Made by a program: the position numbers and the translations under genes. Of a DNA stretch of 64,000 bases, positions 63,961-64,000 are shown piece by piece. The notes beneath the pieces were generated by a model. The model was not told where the DNA came from and searched no databases. It saw only the letters and a program-made list of their open reading frames with translations. The stretch is from Octopus sinensis (taxonomy: Eukaryota): assembly GCF_006345805.1 (NCBI RefSeq), contig NC_043023.1, forward strand, positions 4,464,001-4,528,000. Direction: 5' to 3'. The first letter of the stretch is position 1. Each line of letters begins with the position of its first letter.

Positions 63961-64000
63961 TAATAATAATAATAATAATAATGATAATAATAATAATGAT
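63758..64000. repeat. (AAT)n/(GAT) microsatellite running off the window
   Basis: Direct reading. Confidence 0.95.

Overview
Repeat-saturated, AT-rich animal genomic DNA. It is most likely an octopus (coleoid cephalopod), inferred from the SINE/LINE families and the dense (TA)n/(CA)n microsatellites. Three host coding units are supported by splice signals and phase. (1) The 3' five coding exons of REXO4 (DEDDh RNA exonuclease 4) lie on + at 5866-22682. (2) The last two coding exons of an unidentified single-pass membrane protein lie on - at 33637-27087; it has a ~745-aa disordered tail ending in the PDZ-ligand-like ESIV. (3) A 1.27-kb exon of a coiled-coil protein lies on - at 63530-62260. 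Mobile DNA includes a full-length decayed HERO-type (REL-endonuclease) retrotransposon, two mariner copies and mariner MITEs, two Penelope-like relics, RTE and CR1/L2-group LINE relics, many tRNA-derived SINEs and piggyBac-type MITEs. The most striking structure is a ~19.5-kb block (41027-60588) bounded by inverted modular arms and filled with a ~140-bp hairpin-containing satellite with higher-order repeats and an internal inversion, i.e. a giant Foldback-like element. Two minimal hammerhead ribozyme motifs are also visible: one with a compensated U3-A8 core (40733-40774) and one fused behind a tRNA-like head (12733-12928). All family assignments come from motif recognition by eye; no database search was run.
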